A stretch of DNA of 64,000 bases, taken from contig CAYLVP010000001.1 of assembly GCA_964387155.1 (NCBI GenBank), positions 14,247 through 78,246 on the forward strand. The letters run 5' to 3'. The position numbers and the translations under genes were made by a program. This document shows positions 45,876 through 56,277 of this stretch, piece after piece (the stretch's first letter is position 1; the number at the start of each line of letters is the position of its first letter). Below the pieces are notes generated by a model. That model saw only the letters and a program-made list of their open reading frames with translations, had not been told where the DNA came from and made no database searches. Source of the DNA: an uncultured Rhodobacterales bacterium. GTDB taxonomy: Bacteria > Pseudomonadota > Alphaproteobacteria > Rhodobacterales > Rhodobacteraceae.

Positions 45876-46160
45876 GCGGGCCTCCTGTCTTCGTGCCTTT
45901 TAAGACATTCTGTGCGGCTTTCTCTAGCGAAAAACCAATCATCGCCATTGACTTATCCAACCGCAAGCCCCATGTCCCGCGACAAGACGATGCCAATCAT
46001 GCCGCGTGAGGGCCCGCAACCGGGTCTCAGGCAAGGGCGTCGCATCCGTTCCCAATTTTCACGCGAGAGGGTCCGGCAGAGCATACGGCTCTGCACCCGT
46101 TGTAACGCGAGTACCGTGCCCCGTATGGGCCGGGCGCCTCATGTCTTGAAAGGACATGTC

Positions 46161-47483
46161 TTGAATAAATTTGAAGCCTTGGGCGTGAGCCCAAAACTGG
46201 CAGCCAAGCTGGAAGAGAACAGCATTTCCAGCCCCACCCCGATCCAGGAGGAAGCGATCCCGATCGTGCTGGGCGGGCGGGATGTGATGGGGCTGGCGCA
46301 GACCGGCACCGGCAAGACCCTGGCCTTCGGCCTGCCAATCATCCACAACCTGATCAAGATCGGCACCAAGCCCGACCCAAAAACCGTGCGCGCCCTGATC
46401 CTCGCGCCCACCCGCGAGCTGGCAAAGCAGATCCAAGACAATCTGAAGATGTTTCAGGGCGGCGGTCATTTGAAAATCAACATGGTTGTAGGCGGGCTGT
46501 CGATGAACCCTCAGCGCAAGGCGCTGGAGCGTGGCTCCGACATTGTGGTGGCCACGCCGGGCCGCTTGATCGACCTGTTGGAGCAAAAGGCACTGACCCT
46601 CTCTGCCGTCGAATATCTGGTGCTTGATGAGGCGGACCAGATGCTTGACATGGGGTTCATCCATGCGCTGCGTCAAATCTCCAAGCTGATCCCTGAGGAG
46701 CGGCAGACGCTGCTGTTCTCGGCCACGATGCCCAAATTGATGGAAGAGCTGGCCGCCACCTACCTCAACCATCCGCGCAAAGTGCAGGTGGCCCCGCCTG
46801 GTAAAACCGCTGACAAGATCACCCAATCGGTGCATTTCGTAGCGAAAGCGGCCAAGACCGACCTGCTGATCGAGCTTCTGGACAAGCACCGTGAGGAGCT
46901 GGCGCTGGTCTTTTCGCGCACCAAACACGGGGCGGAGCGGTTGAAAAAACAGCTGGAGAAGGAAGGCTTTGCCGCCGGGTCCATTCACGGCAATAAATCG
47001 CAAAATCAGCGCGACCGGGCGCTGCAGGCCTTCAAGGAAGGCAAGCTGCGCATCCTCGTGGCGACCGATGTGGCCGCACGCGGCATCGACATCCCTGATG
47101 TGGCCTTCGTCTATAATTTCGACCTGCCCAATGTACCGGAGAACTATGTGCACCGCATTGGCCGGACCGCGCGTGCGGGCAAAGAGGGGGAGGCGATTGC
47201 CTTCTGCGCGCCCGACGAGATGGCGGAGATGAAAGACATCGAGAAGGTCTTGAAGATGCAGATCTCCGTGGCAGGTGGACGCCGGTGGAGCCCTGCTGAG
47301 GAAGAGGACAAACCGAAACGCGGCGGCGGCGGTGGTCGTGGACGAGGCGGACCGAAAGGCGGTCGCGGGCGCGGGCAAGGCGGGTCTGATCGCAAGCCGG
47401 CCCAAGGCGCGAAGCCTTCAGGGCCTCCCAAGCGCAAGCGCAATCGGCGCAGGCGCGGGCAGGGCCCGAAAGCCGCGGCTTAG
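46161..47483 (+). CDS. DEAD-box RNA helicase, RhlE-like
   Basis: Q motif PTPIQ, AQTGTGKT, PTRELA, DEAD, SAT and HRIGRTAR; RGG/basic tail; TTG start after AAAGGA. Confidence 0.95.
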   Translation: MNKFEALGVSPKLAAKLEENSISSPTPIQEEAIPIVLGGRDVMGLAQTGTGKTLAFGLPIIHNLIKIGTKPDPKTVRALILAPTRELAKQIQDNLKMFQGGGHLKINMVVGGLSMNPQRKALERGSDIVVATPGRLIDLLEQKALTLSAVEYLVLDEADQMLDMGFIHALRQISKLIPEERQTLLFSATMPKLMEELAATYLNHPRKVQVAPPGKTADKITQSVHFVAKAAKTDLLIELLDKHREELALVFSRTKHGAERLKKQLEKEGFAAGSIHGNKSQNQRDRALQAFKEGKLRILVATDVAARGIDIPDVAFVYNFDLPNVPENYVHRIGRTARAGKEGEAIAFCAPDEMAEMKDIEKVLKMQISVAGGRRWSPAEEEDKPKRGGGGGRGRGGPKGGRGRGQGGSDRKPAQGAKPSGPPKRKRNRRRRGQGPKAAA

Positions 47484-47503
47484 AAATAGGGTTGTAAAAC
47501 AGC

Positions 47504-47531
47504 AAAGGGCGACCGCAGGGCCGCCCTTTTT
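47504..47531. terminator. Intrinsic terminator (possibly bidirectional)
   Basis: AAAGGGCG...CGCCCTTTTT between convergent genes. Confidence 0.75.
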
Positions 47532-47552
47532 CGTGTCCCGTGGCGCAGCAGC

Positions 47553-48296
47553 TTAGCTGTAAAGACGTTGCACGCCAAAGCTGTCGTGGATTTCATTCAC
47601 GGTCGCCTGTCCAATCCCCAGCGATGTTGCCAGCTCGTGCAGGAATTTTGCCTCCTCCGGGTGGTCAGGTTCGATGGCCATGACGGCCATGGAATAAACC
47701 TGTGTTTCCAACCCTTGTGGCGTGTCTTCAGCCAGCTTGCGCGGGTTGACCGGCTCATCCATCGCCGTGCGGACGAACTGCATGTCTTCGGGCGTCGCAT
47801 CTTCGCCTATCGTGGCAAGCAGTGTTTCGCGCTCATTGCCGTCAATCTCTCCGTCGCAGCGCGCGGCCATGACCATCGTGCGGATCATCAGACCCGCAGT
47901 ATCTTCCTGAGGGGGCTCCTCGGCTGGCACATCACGGCTCAGCAGGTCTTCAAGGCTTTGGCCAGCCTCCGGGGTCCCCGCCCGGGCCGAGGCCAGGCCG
48001 CCCAGCAAACCGCCAAGCCCGCCGATGGAGCCCGCATTGCCGCCGCCGCTCAACAGGCCGCCAAGCCCGCCTGCACCAGCACCTGCACCCCCTGCGCCGC
48101 CGCCGGTGAGGCTGCCGAGAATATCTCCCAGCCCGCCACCGGCACCTGCCGTGCCCGGCTGTGCCGCCGCCCCGCCTGCGCGGCCCTGCAGGCCTTCCAT
48201 CATTTTTCCGAGCCCGCCACCACGGGTTACGGCCTGCATCCCTTTCGCGACGGCAAAGCCGACCGCGACCTTTGTGAGCATTTTACCAAGTGACAT
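47553..48296 (-). CDS. DUF533 / TerB-like protein
   Basis: Gly-rich N-terminus, M..AARCDGEID..E and E..FL..LA..LG motifs. Confidence 0.8.
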   Translation of the reverse strand: MSLGKMLTKVAVGFAVAKGMQAVTRGGGLGKMMEGLQGRAGGAAAQPGTAGAGGGLGDILGSLTGGGAGGAGAGAGGLGGLLSGGGNAGSIGGLGGLLGGLASARAGTPEAGQSLEDLLSRDVPAEEPPQEDTAGLMIRTMVMAARCDGEIDGNERETLLATIGEDATPEDMQFVRTAMDEPVNPRKLAEDTPQGLETQVYSMAVMAIEPDHPEEAKFLHELATSLGIGQATVNEIHDSFGVQRLYS

Positions 48297-48416
48297 CGTT
48301 TTCTCCTCATACGTTACGCGTTGACCGGCAGCATTGCGGTCCGGCGTGGCTTTCGCAACGCGAAAGTTCCGATTCAGCCTGCTGGTGGGGGTTTTGCGCC
48401 GGTCCAGCGCAGACGA

Positions 48417-49832
48417 TCAGGTGCCGCAGAAGGTCTGGCGGACCTGTTCGGCATCCTGCGGTGCAGCCTGCAGATCGGCGTGTTCGGGTTGATCCTTGAA
48501 AGGCGTCGCCAGGACGCGGGCGATGCGCTGAAACCGGCCCGGATCGCCTGCCACGGCCTCTTGAATGGCGCGCTCAATCTGGTGATTGCGCGGGATAAAG
48601 GCCGGGTTGGCAGCGGACATCAGCGCGGCGTCAGGCCCGCGCGCCCGCCAGGGATCGGCCCAGCGGTCAAACGCCGTGGGATCGACAAATTGCGCCCGCG
48701 CAGAGCCGTCCAGTAGCCCCCGGAAGGTCAAGGTGAAATCGGCCTGGTTTTCTGACATCGCGGTCAGCAGATCCTGGACAAGGGCGATTTCGGCGTCGCC
48801 GCCCTCCTTCAGCCCGAGCTTGGCGAAAAATACGGCCTTCCATGCCTCGGTATACCCAGGCCCGAAATCATGGAGCACGCTTTGGGCGGCCTTCACTGCA
48901 GCGTCGGTATCGTCATCGATGAGCGGCAAAAGCGCGCTGGCAAGCTGCGCCAGATTCCATACCAAAATCTCCGGCTGAGCCCCGTAAGCATAGCGCCCGA
49001 ACTGGTCGATGGAGGAGAAGACCTTGCGCGGGTCATACGCGTCCAAAAAGGCGCAAGGACCGTAATCAATGGTCAGCCCGCCAATATGGCAATTGTCGGT
49101 ATTCATCACCCCATGGATGAATCCCAGCCCCATCCATTTCGCGACCAACTGTGCCTGCGCGTCCACCACAGCGGCCAAAAAGCCAAGCACGTCATCTGGC
49201 GCCAGATGCGGGTAGTGGCGACGGATCGCGAATCCCAGAAGCTCTTGGAGCGCATGGGTATCCTGTTGCGATGCGAAATACTGGAATGTGCCCACGCGCA
49301 GATGGCTGGAGGCCACGCGCGTCAGGATCGCGCCGGGCAGGCGCGCCTCGCGCAACACCTCTTCGCCCGTCGTGACGGCGGCAAGGGCGCGGGTCGTGGG
49401 CACGCCGAGCGCGTGCATGGCCTCGCTGATCAGATATTCGCGGATAACCGGACCAAGCCAGGCCCGCCCATCGCCCGCGCGCGAATAGGGCGTGGGGCCG
49501 GAGCCTTTCAGCTGGATGTCCCATTGCGCGCCGTCAGGGCCGGTCACTTCGCCCAGCAGGACGGCCCGGCCATCCCCCAAACGTGGCGACCAGCCGCCAA
49601 ACTGATGCCCGGCATAAACCTGCGCCAATGGATCCGCGCCAACCGGCAGTGCGTTGCCTGCCAGCATGGCGACGCCATCTGCGGAGGTCAGCCAGCCTGC
49701 ATCAAGGCCCATTTCCTTGGCAAGCGCGTCATTCAGAGCCAAAAGAGCGGGGGCCGCAACCGGGGTCGGATGCAGCTTGGTGTAAAACCGCTCTGGCAGC
49801 TTGGCGTAGTGATTGTTGAATTGCGGCGTCAC
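48417..49832 (-). CDS. selO: Protein adenylyltransferase SelO/YdiU
   Basis: [37 protein letters not shown] and C-terminal TFCGT. Confidence 0.93.
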   Translation of the reverse strand: MTPQFNNHYAKLPERFYTKLHPTPVAAPALLALNDALAKEMGLDAGWLTSADGVAMLAGNALPVGADPLAQVYAGHQFGGWSPRLGDGRAVLLGEVTGPDGAQWDIQLKGSGPTPYSRAGDGRAWLGPVIREYLISEAMHALGVPTTRALAAVTTGEEVLREARLPGAILTRVASSHLRVGTFQYFASQQDTHALQELLGFAIRRHYPHLAPDDVLGFLAAVVDAQAQLVAKWMGLGFIHGVMNTDNCHIGGLTIDYGPCAFLDAYDPRKVFSSIDQFGRYAYGAQPEILVWNLAQLASALLPLIDDDTDAAVKAAQSVLHDFGPGYTEAWKAVFFAKLGLKEGGDAEIALVQDLLTAMSENQADFTLTFRGLLDGSARAQFVDPTAFDRWADPWRARGPDAALMSAANPAFIPRNHQIERAIQEAVAGDPGRFQRIARVLATPFKDQPEHADLQAAPQDAEQVRQTFCGT

Positions 49833-50767
49833 AGCCGCCCAATCCGCTGGGTCAGCAAGTCAAAATACCCGTCCGCGTCAAGCTCTCCGATGAATAGGGC
49901 ATTCGGTGTCCTGTCCGTGACGCCCCACCAATCCGCAACGGTCATACCCATCGTCAGCTCTGACTGGGTTTCGATGATGACATTGACGTGCCGCCCGGTG
50001 AACAATTCGGGCCGAAGCAAATATGCGATGACGCAAGGATCATGCAGCGGCGCACCTGCGGAGCCGTATTTTTCTTTGTCGAAACGCTCGAAGAAATTGG
50101 TCCATTCGGCCACCATGCGCCCGACCTTTGTATCCAGATCACGAAAAGCCTGCACGCGCGGCGCGGTGGTGAGCGCCTTATGCGTGACATCCAGTGGCAG
50201 CACCACCAGATCAATTCCAGATTTAAACACAGTATCAGCGGCTTGCGGGTCGACATAAATGTTGAATTCGGCCGATGGGGTGACGTTTCCAACCTCGAAA
50301 TACGCGCCACCCATCAGCACGATTTGGTGCACCCGGTCGACGATATCTGGCGCGCGCTTGAAGGCGGTTGCGATATTTGTCAGCGGCCCCAACGGGCATA
50401 ACGTAACGGTGCCAGCGTCTTCGGCGCGCAGCGTCTCGATGATGTAATCGACCGCGTGGCCGTCCTGGAGGGGCATGGTCGGCTCGGGCATTGCCGGACC
50501 GTCAAGCCCGGTCGGCCCGTGCACATGCTCCGCCGTCACGAGCTTGCGGGCCGAGGGGGCGGCGCACCCCGCGAACACTTTCGCCTCGCTGCGCCCAGCA
50601 AGTTCGCAGACGATCCGGGCATTGCGCACGGTCAGATCAAGCGGCACATTGCCCGCGACAACCGTGATGCCCAACACCTCGAGCTCTGGCGAGGCGAAGG
50701 CCAAGAGCATTGCGACTGCATCATCCTGCCCGGGATCCGTGTCGATGATGATCTTGCGCGGGTTCAC
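49829..50767 (-). CDS. Nucleoside hydrolase (IU-NH family)
   Basis: [17 protein letters not shown] and PLHDP motifs. Confidence 0.93.
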   Translation of the reverse strand: MNPRKIIIDTDPGQDDAVAMLLAFASPELEVLGITVVAGNVPLDLTVRNARIVCELAGRSEAKVFAGCAAPSARKLVTAEHVHGPTGLDGPAMPEPTMPLQDGHAVDYIIETLRAEDAGTVTLCPLGPLTNIATAFKRAPDIVDRVHQIVLMGGAYFEVGNVTPSAEFNIYVDPQAADTVFKSGIDLVVLPLDVTHKALTTAPRVQAFRDLDTKVGRMVAEWTNFFERFDKEKYGSAGAPLHDPCVIAYLLRPELFTGRHVNVIIETQSELTMGMTVADWWGVTDRTPNALFIGELDADGYFDLLTQRIGRL

Positions 50768-52071
50768 AGCGGCCGTACTTTGAGATTGGTGATCCGGTTC
50801 TCGGATTTTCCTGTGACTTCAAAGCGGTATCCGTGGAAGCTAAATTGCTGTCCGACCGAGGGGATGGATTGCGCTTCGTGAATGACCAGTCCCGCGATTG
50901 TGTTGGCCTCCTCATCGGGCAGGTCCCAGTCGAGTTGCCGGTTGAGGTCGCGGATCGTCATGGCCCCTTCGATGTCATAGCTGCCATCAGCGCCCGCCTC
51001 AGGGCGTTGCTCGTCCCCGATATCGAACTCATCGGTGATTTCGCCGACAATCTCTTCCAGGATATCTTCCAGGGTGATCAGCCCTTGCAGGCTGCCATAT
51101 TCGTCCACCACTAACGCAAAATGCGTGTGCTGGGCCAGAAACTGGCGCATCTGTTCTTCCAACGTGGTGGTCTCGGGGACAAAATAGGGTTTGCGCATGA
51201 CGGTGGTTACGTCAAACCCTTCAAGACTGCCGGTGATCCCGTCTGGCCCACGCAAGGTCTTGTCGACGGCGCGCAGTAGATCCTTGGCATGCAGAACGCC
51301 CACGATGTTCTCGGGATCCTCGCGGTAGACGGGCAGGCGGGTATGGGCGGATTGCAACGCCTGTTCGATGATCAGCTCCGGGCCATCGGCCACGTTAATC
51401 ATTTCTATCTCTGAGCGGTGGAGCATTATTTCCTCGACGTCGCGTTCTGCCAGGTCCAATGCGCCGAGCAGCCGGTCGCGCTGTTCTTTTTCGACCACGC
51501 CTTCTTGTCGGCCGAGTTCCAACGCGCCCGCAATTTCCTCGTGCACCGACAGAATGTGGCTGTCGGGGTCCGTCTCTACGCCGAAGACTTTGAGCATCTG
51601 GCGCACCAGCGCGCGCACCACGGTCACAACCGGCGCGAAGATCAGAACCACCAGCTTGATCGGAGCAGAGACTTTGGCAGCGGCGGTTTCTGCATTGGTG
51701 ATGGCGTAGGTCTTGGGCAGGACTTCGGCGAAGATCAGCACCAGCAGCGTCATCACGAGTGTGGCAAGTGCTACACCAGATTCCCCGAACAGCGAGGTGA
51801 AGAGCGCCGTTGCCAGCGAGGTTGCCAGAATATTGACGAGATTGTTGCCCAGCAGGACAGAGCCGATCAGCCGCTCGCTATCCTCGGTGATTTCAAGCGC
51901 GCGTTCCGCCCCTTGGGAGCCTTTATCTGCTTGTGAGCGCAATTTGCCGCGTGAGGCAGCGGTCAAAGCGGTCTCTGACCCGGAGAAAAAGGCTGACATC
52001 AGCAGCAAGCAAATAATCGATCCCGCGATAATCCACGAGGCGGAGCCGATCAGCGAAGAGGGGTCGTCCAT
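50764..52071 (-). CDS. HlyC/CorC (CNNM) family transporter
   Basis: FFSGSETAL and FAEVLPK DUF21 domain, CBS pair, VVDEYG...EDILEEIVG. Confidence 0.92.
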   Translation of the reverse strand: MDDPSSLIGSASWIIAGSIICLLLMSAFFSGSETALTAASRGKLRSQADKGSQGAERALEITEDSERLIGSVLLGNNLVNILATSLATALFTSLFGESGVALATLVMTLLVLIFAEVLPKTYAITNAETAAAKVSAPIKLVVLIFAPVVTVVRALVRQMLKVFGVETDPDSHILSVHEEIAGALELGRQEGVVEKEQRDRLLGALDLAERDVEEIMLHRSEIEMINVADGPELIIEQALQSAHTRLPVYREDPENIVGVLHAKDLLRAVDKTLRGPDGITGSLEGFDVTTVMRKPYFVPETTTLEEQMRQFLAQHTHFALVVDEYGSLQGLITLEDILEEIVGEITDEFDIGDEQRPEAGADGSYDIEGAMTIRDLNRQLDWDLPDEEANTIAGLVIHEAQSIPSVGQQFSFHGYRFEVTGKSENRITNLKVRPL

Positions 52072-52172
52072 TTGGGGTGTTTATCCGATCAAGTGATGCG
52101 TTAAGACTAGGTTATGGGGCCAAGCCCGGCCCGGTTCAAGGGCTCGCAGGGCGGGCAGGAAGTCACGCGCGC

Positions 52173-52967
52173 ATGGCCAGGGTTACAGATTTCGGCACGC
52201 TCCATGGGGAGCTTTTGGTCTTTGGTGGCCCGTATTCCAACCTCCAGGCCACTCAGGCGCTGTTTGAGGCCTGTGCTGATATCCCCAAATCCAACCGCAT
52301 TTGCACGGGCGATCTGGTGGCGTATTGCGCCGATCCTGCGCCGACAGCGCAGCTGGTTTTGGATCAGTGCGCGATCGTCGTTGCGGGCAATTGTGAACGT
52401 CAGCTTGCGGATGGCGCCGATGAATGCGGCTGCGGGTTTGAAGAGGGCAGCGCTTGCGATCTGGCCTCCAAAGGCTGGTACCCATTTGCCGCCCAACGGA
52501 TGGGGGCCTTTCAAAAGACCTTTGCGGCCCTGCCGGATATTGCGATTTTTGCCCATGAAGGACGCCGCTGCGCGGTGATCCATGGGGGTGTCAGCGATAT
52601 CGCGCGGTTTATCTGGCCTGTGAGCGCGGATGAAGTATTTCATCATGAAATCAATCTTCTGCAGGCTGAAGTTGGCGCGGTTGACGTGGTGATTGCGGGC
52701 CATTGCGGCATCGCGTTTGAGCGCCCGCTTGGCACGCATCATTGGATCAACACGGGCGTTATTGGCATGCCGCCCCACGATGGCGCGCCTGCCACGCGCT
52801 ATGCCACTTGGGGGGCGTCTGGCCTGCGGTTTCACAACCTCGCTTATGATCACCGCGCGGCTGCGCAGGCGTTGCGTGACGTAGGGCTGCGCCAAGGCTA
52901 TGAGACTGCGCTGGAAAGCGGGTTTTGGCCGTCCGAAGATATCTTGCCAGCCGCGCTGCGGCGCTAG
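52173..52967 (+). CDS. Metallophosphoesterase-like protein, Cys-rich variant
   Basis: FGGPYSN, GDLVAY, GNCE, CGCGF...C, HGG, GHCG and W.N.G.IG.P motifs. Confidence 0.75.
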   Translation: MARVTDFGTLHGELLVFGGPYSNLQATQALFEACADIPKSNRICTGDLVAYCADPAPTAQLVLDQCAIVVAGNCERQLADGADECGCGFEEGSACDLASKGWYPFAAQRMGAFQKTFAALPDIAIFAHEGRRCAVIHGGVSDIARFIWPVSADEVFHHEINLLQAEVGAVDVVIAGHCGIAFERPLGTHHWINTGVIGMPPHDGAPATRYATWGASGLRFHNLAYDHRAAAQALRDVGLRQGYETALESGFWPSEDILPAALRR

Positions 52968-52971
52968 GGGC

Positions 52972-53922
52972 TTATTTGCCGTCCTGCGCCAGCGGGTGTT
53001 TTTCCAGCACCAGCTCTTTCAGCCGCTCATCAAGGACATGGGTGTAGATCTCGGTTGTCGAGATGTCGGCATGGCCCAGCAGGGTTTGGATGGCGCGCAG
53101 GTCAGCGCCGCCTGCCAGCAGATGGGTGGCGAAGGCATGGCGCAGGGTGTGCGGCGTCACTTTTGCGGGATCCACCCCGCCGGAGACTGCCAGTTCCTTG
53201 ATCAGCATATAGAAGCGGTGCCGGGTCAGATGGCCCGATTTGCCGCGCGAGGGGAAGAGAAATTTGGACGGGGCTGCGCCTGCTTTGCGCGCCACCTCAT
53301 CGGCTTTGTCGCGGGCGGTCAGCCAAACGCTCAAGGTATCCCGGGCGGCGGGGGCGAGGGGGACCATCCGCTCCTTCCCGCCCTTGCCGCGCACCAGGAT
53401 CATGCGTGGATCACCGCGCGCGGCAGCGACGGGCAGGCCCACAAGCTCGCTGACGCGCATGCCGGTGGCGTAAAGCAGCTCCATCATACAGGTGTTGCGC
53501 AGCCGGTCCTGCCGAGAGCGGGCAGAGGTCTGGGCGGCGCCAAGAAGCCGGTCAACCTCTTCTAGCGAGAGCGTCTTGGGCAGTGATTTCTGCCGTCCCG
53601 GACCCTTGATCTGGATCGCGGGGTTGTCGCTGCGCCAGCCTTCCTCATAGGCGAAGCGGTAGAGCTGGCGGATCGACGACAACCGGCGCGCGCGCGTGGC
53701 CTGGGCCAGACCGGCGGCGTCACAGGCGATCAGGTAGTCCTCGACATCGCCGCGCGTGGCGGTCTCGAAAGTCTTTCCGGCCCTGTCGAGCCATCCAGCC
53801 CAATCGATCAGATCGCGCCCATAGGCCAGCCGGGTGTTTTCAGCCGCATCAAGCTCGGCGGCCTGGGCTTCCAGAAAGGCGTCGATCCAGCGGGCGGCCA
53901 TCGGAGGCAGCGCCGCGCTCAT
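52972..53922 (-). CDS. xerD: Site-specific tyrosine recombinase XerD
   Basis: LYATGMRVSEL, GKGGKER, PHTLRHAFATH and LLGHADISTTEIYTHV; chromosomal context next to aroKB. Confidence 0.9.
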   Translation of the reverse strand: MSAALPPMAARWIDAFLEAQAAELDAAENTRLAYGRDLIDWAGWLDRAGKTFETATRGDVEDYLIACDAAGLAQATRARRLSSIRQLYRFAYEEGWRSDNPAIQIKGPGRQKSLPKTLSLEEVDRLLGAAQTSARSRQDRLRNTCMMELLYATGMRVSELVGLPVAAARGDPRMILVRGKGGKERMVPLAPAARDTLSVWLTARDKADEVARKAGAAPSKFLFPSRGKSGHLTRHRFYMLIKELAVSGGVDPAKVTPHTLRHAFATHLLAGGADLRAIQTLLGHADISTTEIYTHVLDERLKELVLEKHPLAQDGK

Positions 53923-55469
53923 GCACGGGGCCGTGTCAGTAGCATGTAAAGCGCGGTGCGGCGGGCGACATCGGCCAACCCAAGCTGGCTGAGAAGCGCC
54001 AAGCCCCGCTCGATATCAGCGGGATCGGTGCGCGGACCGTCGGCCATAAGCATCATGGCTTTCAGCACTGCTTCGCCGAGACGGCGCTCATCCAGCAATG
54101 CGTCAAATGTTGCGGGCGGTTTGGTCGCGGTGAGCCCTGCGATAATCGCGGCCTCCAACGCGTCATCGCTGTCCATACCCTCAACCATCCCGGTCGCAAT
54201 GCCACGCCAGAGCGGCGGCAGGGTCTGGCCCGCTCGCGAGGTGGCTGCAGCCTCGTAGCCTTTGGACAGCAGGGCGGCCCGCATCGCATCTTGCGCGGCA
54301 GCATCAGGCAAGGGAATGGTGACAAGGCTGGGGCCGTAATGCTGGGCAAAGGCATATTCCAGCCCGGCGCTGCGCATGGCGCGCAGGGCGCGGGGCAGCA
54401 GCTCTGCAATGGTGTTGGCATCTGATTGCCGGATGGCGCGTTCGAGGCCTTGAACGGCGTCGACCCGGTCCCATACACCGCCGGAGGCTGCTGGCGCGCG
54501 CTCTCCATAGAGCGCAAAGAGCTGGTTGGGGGGGATTGCAGACAGCCGTGCCAGACGTTCGGCAGCCGCGATACGCGCTTTCCATCCGGAGCGTTCGGTC
54601 AGCGTTGCGTATGAGAAAGCATTGGGCAGCCCGCCCGGGCTCAGAGGCTCCGCAATGGCCTCGTGCATCTGAAAATTAAGCGGCGTGATCCGGTCGGGCA
54701 CTGGCAGCAATGGCTCGCCCTCAAACAGTTCGGGGTCGAGAAAGCGCGCCAGCAGCGCATCCTCCTTGTCCGAGATCAGGCCCAGCGTCTTGCCGGTGCC
54801 CAGCGTCAGCACGGCGGCATCCCAATCGCCCGCGCGCGCAAGACAGAAGATGCGCGCGGGGTAGGTGGGCGCAATTGAAGGCGTTTGCAGCATCGAGCGG
54901 CAGGCCTGCTCTTCCGCGCCGGTCAGCAGGCTCACATCGAACCAGCGCCCGAATATGGCGGGCCGGGTGGGGCCCGCGCGGGCGAGAAGCGCCTCCGCCT
55001 GATCCAGCGCGCCAAGTTCCAGAAACTTGTCGACGCGGGCCAGAAAAAGCTCGGCACCATCAGCGCTATCAGCGGGTGCGGGCAGCTCGGCCAGAAGCAG
55101 AGTGGTGAGAAACTGCGCCAGCGGCGGCGGCAGATCGGTGCGCATGTCCCGAATTTCACGCGCCAGCTGCTGCGCGGAGGAGCGGGTCCAGAAATCAGCG
55201 GGCAATCCGGTCGTGCCGCGCGGCAGGATACCGACAGCATCGAGCTTAAGCTGGCCCAATGGCATGGTGATGATATCTGCCACGGTTGCCGATGCGGCGA
55301 CGTCATCGACGGCGGGCTTCGGGGCGACCTCGGCCAGCGGCGCGTTGCGCACGACATCCGACAGCCAGTCTATGGCCGAAAGCGGTGCCTCATTGCCCTG
55401 AGCGCAGGCCAGCTGCGGCAGGCCGATCAACAGGCCTGCAAGACCCTGCCGGTATTTTCTAATTGCCAT
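53919..55469 (-). CDS. Exported hypothetical protein
   Basis: Signal-like N-terminus, PLSAIDWLS; stop overlaps the xerD start. Confidence 0.7.
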   Translation of the reverse strand: MAIRKYRQGLAGLLIGLPQLACAQGNEAPLSAIDWLSDVVRNAPLAEVAPKPAVDDVAASATVADIITMPLGQLKLDAVGILPRGTTGLPADFWTRSSAQQLAREIRDMRTDLPPPLAQFLTTLLLAELPAPADSADGAELFLARVDKFLELGALDQAEALLARAGPTRPAIFGRWFDVSLLTGAEEQACRSMLQTPSIAPTYPARIFCLARAGDWDAAVLTLGTGKTLGLISDKEDALLARFLDPELFEGEPLLPVPDRITPLNFQMHEAIAEPLSPGGLPNAFSYATLTERSGWKARIAAAERLARLSAIPPNQLFALYGERAPAASGGVWDRVDAVQGLERAIRQSDANTIAELLPRALRAMRSAGLEYAFAQHYGPSLVTIPLPDAAAQDAMRAALLSKGYEAAATSRAGQTLPPLWRGIATGMVEGMDSDDALEAAIIAGLTATKPPATFDALLDERRLGEAVLKAMMLMADGPRTDPADIERGLALLSQLGLADVARRTALYMLLTRPRA

Positions 55470-55593
55470 CCAGCTGAACCGGTTGATTGACCTCAACCCG
55501 ATTGGGGCTGAGATCGCCGAAATAGGCATAGCCAATGACAGCAAAAATACCTACAATAATTAGGAATAACAGTAGCTTAAGGAGCCTGCCCAT
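55459..55593 (-). CDS. Small membrane protein (44 aa)
   Basis: MGRLLKLLLFLIIVGIFAVIGYAYFGDLSP...; single TM helix; overlaps the next gene. Confidence 0.7.
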   Translation of the reverse strand: MGRLLKLLLFLIIVGIFAVIGYAYFGDLSPNRVEVNQPVQLDGN

Positions 55594-55716
55594 GTCCGTT
55601 TCTGCCTCAGTTGCGCTCTGCCTCGTGGCGGGGCGATCCTTTGTCTGTGCCGCTCCGTCCGTTTTATATATGGCATTTAGGGCCAGTTCACGCCATTGAG
55701 GCAATAGAAAAAATGT

Positions 55717-56277
55717 TTGAGCGAGAGAATGCCACCCGAAGCCGCTAAACTCACCAAGCCTGTCGTGTTGGTTGGCATGATGGGGGCCGGAAAAACGGCC
55801 GTTGGGCAGGCTCTTGCGCAGCTTCTGAACGTCGATTTCCTTGATTCTGACGAGGCTTTGGTGGAAGCGGCCAATATGAGCATCGCCGAAGTGTTCGAGC
55901 GCGACGGGGAGACGTTTTTTCGCGCGCGCGAAAGCGAAGTGATCGGGCGGCTGCTGACTGGCGCGCCTGCGATCCTATCCACCGGCGGCGGTGCGTTCAT
56001 GACCCAACATAACCGCGAGCTGATCTCGGCCAGGGGGGTGTCGCTGTGGCTGCGCGCTGATTTGGAGCTTTTATGGAGCCGGGTGAAGCACAAGACGACG
56101 CGGCCCTTGTTGCGCACCGATGATCCGAAAGCCACGCTGCGCGAGATTTACGAGGCGCGTAGCCCGGTTTACGCATTGGCTGACCTGAGCGTCGAGGCGC
56201 AGCCGGATTACGCGATTGAGGATATGGCCGCAGCTGTGCGCGACTGTCTGCGGGACGCGGGGGTGGTCAGATCATGA
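55717..56277 (+). CDS. aroK: Shikimate kinase
   Basis: GMMGAGKT, D.D, GE..FR..E, STGGG and RPLL motifs. Confidence 0.95.
   Translation: MSERMPPEAAKLTKPVVLVGMMGAGKTAVGQALAQLLNVDFLDSDEALVEAANMSIAEVFERDGETFFRARESEVIGRLLTGAPAILSTGGGAFMTQHNRELISARGVSLWLRADLELLWSRVKHKTTRPLLRTDDPKATLREIYEARSPVYALADLSVEAQPDYAIEDMAAAVRDCLRDAGVVRS

Noticed and set aside
47990-48190. Low-complexity GGC-type repeats in the DUF533 gene (likewise the ssb linker)
   Set aside because: Explained by Gly-rich coding; not a CRISPR or tandem array.
48417-48440. Selenocysteine read-through in SelO
   Set aside because: The protein ends in the standard TFCGT with Cys, so the TGA is a normal stop.
52972-53922. Tyrosine recombinase as a prophage/ICE integrase
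   Set aside because: Sequence and aroKB-linked context fit housekeeping XerD; no mobile cargo adjacent.
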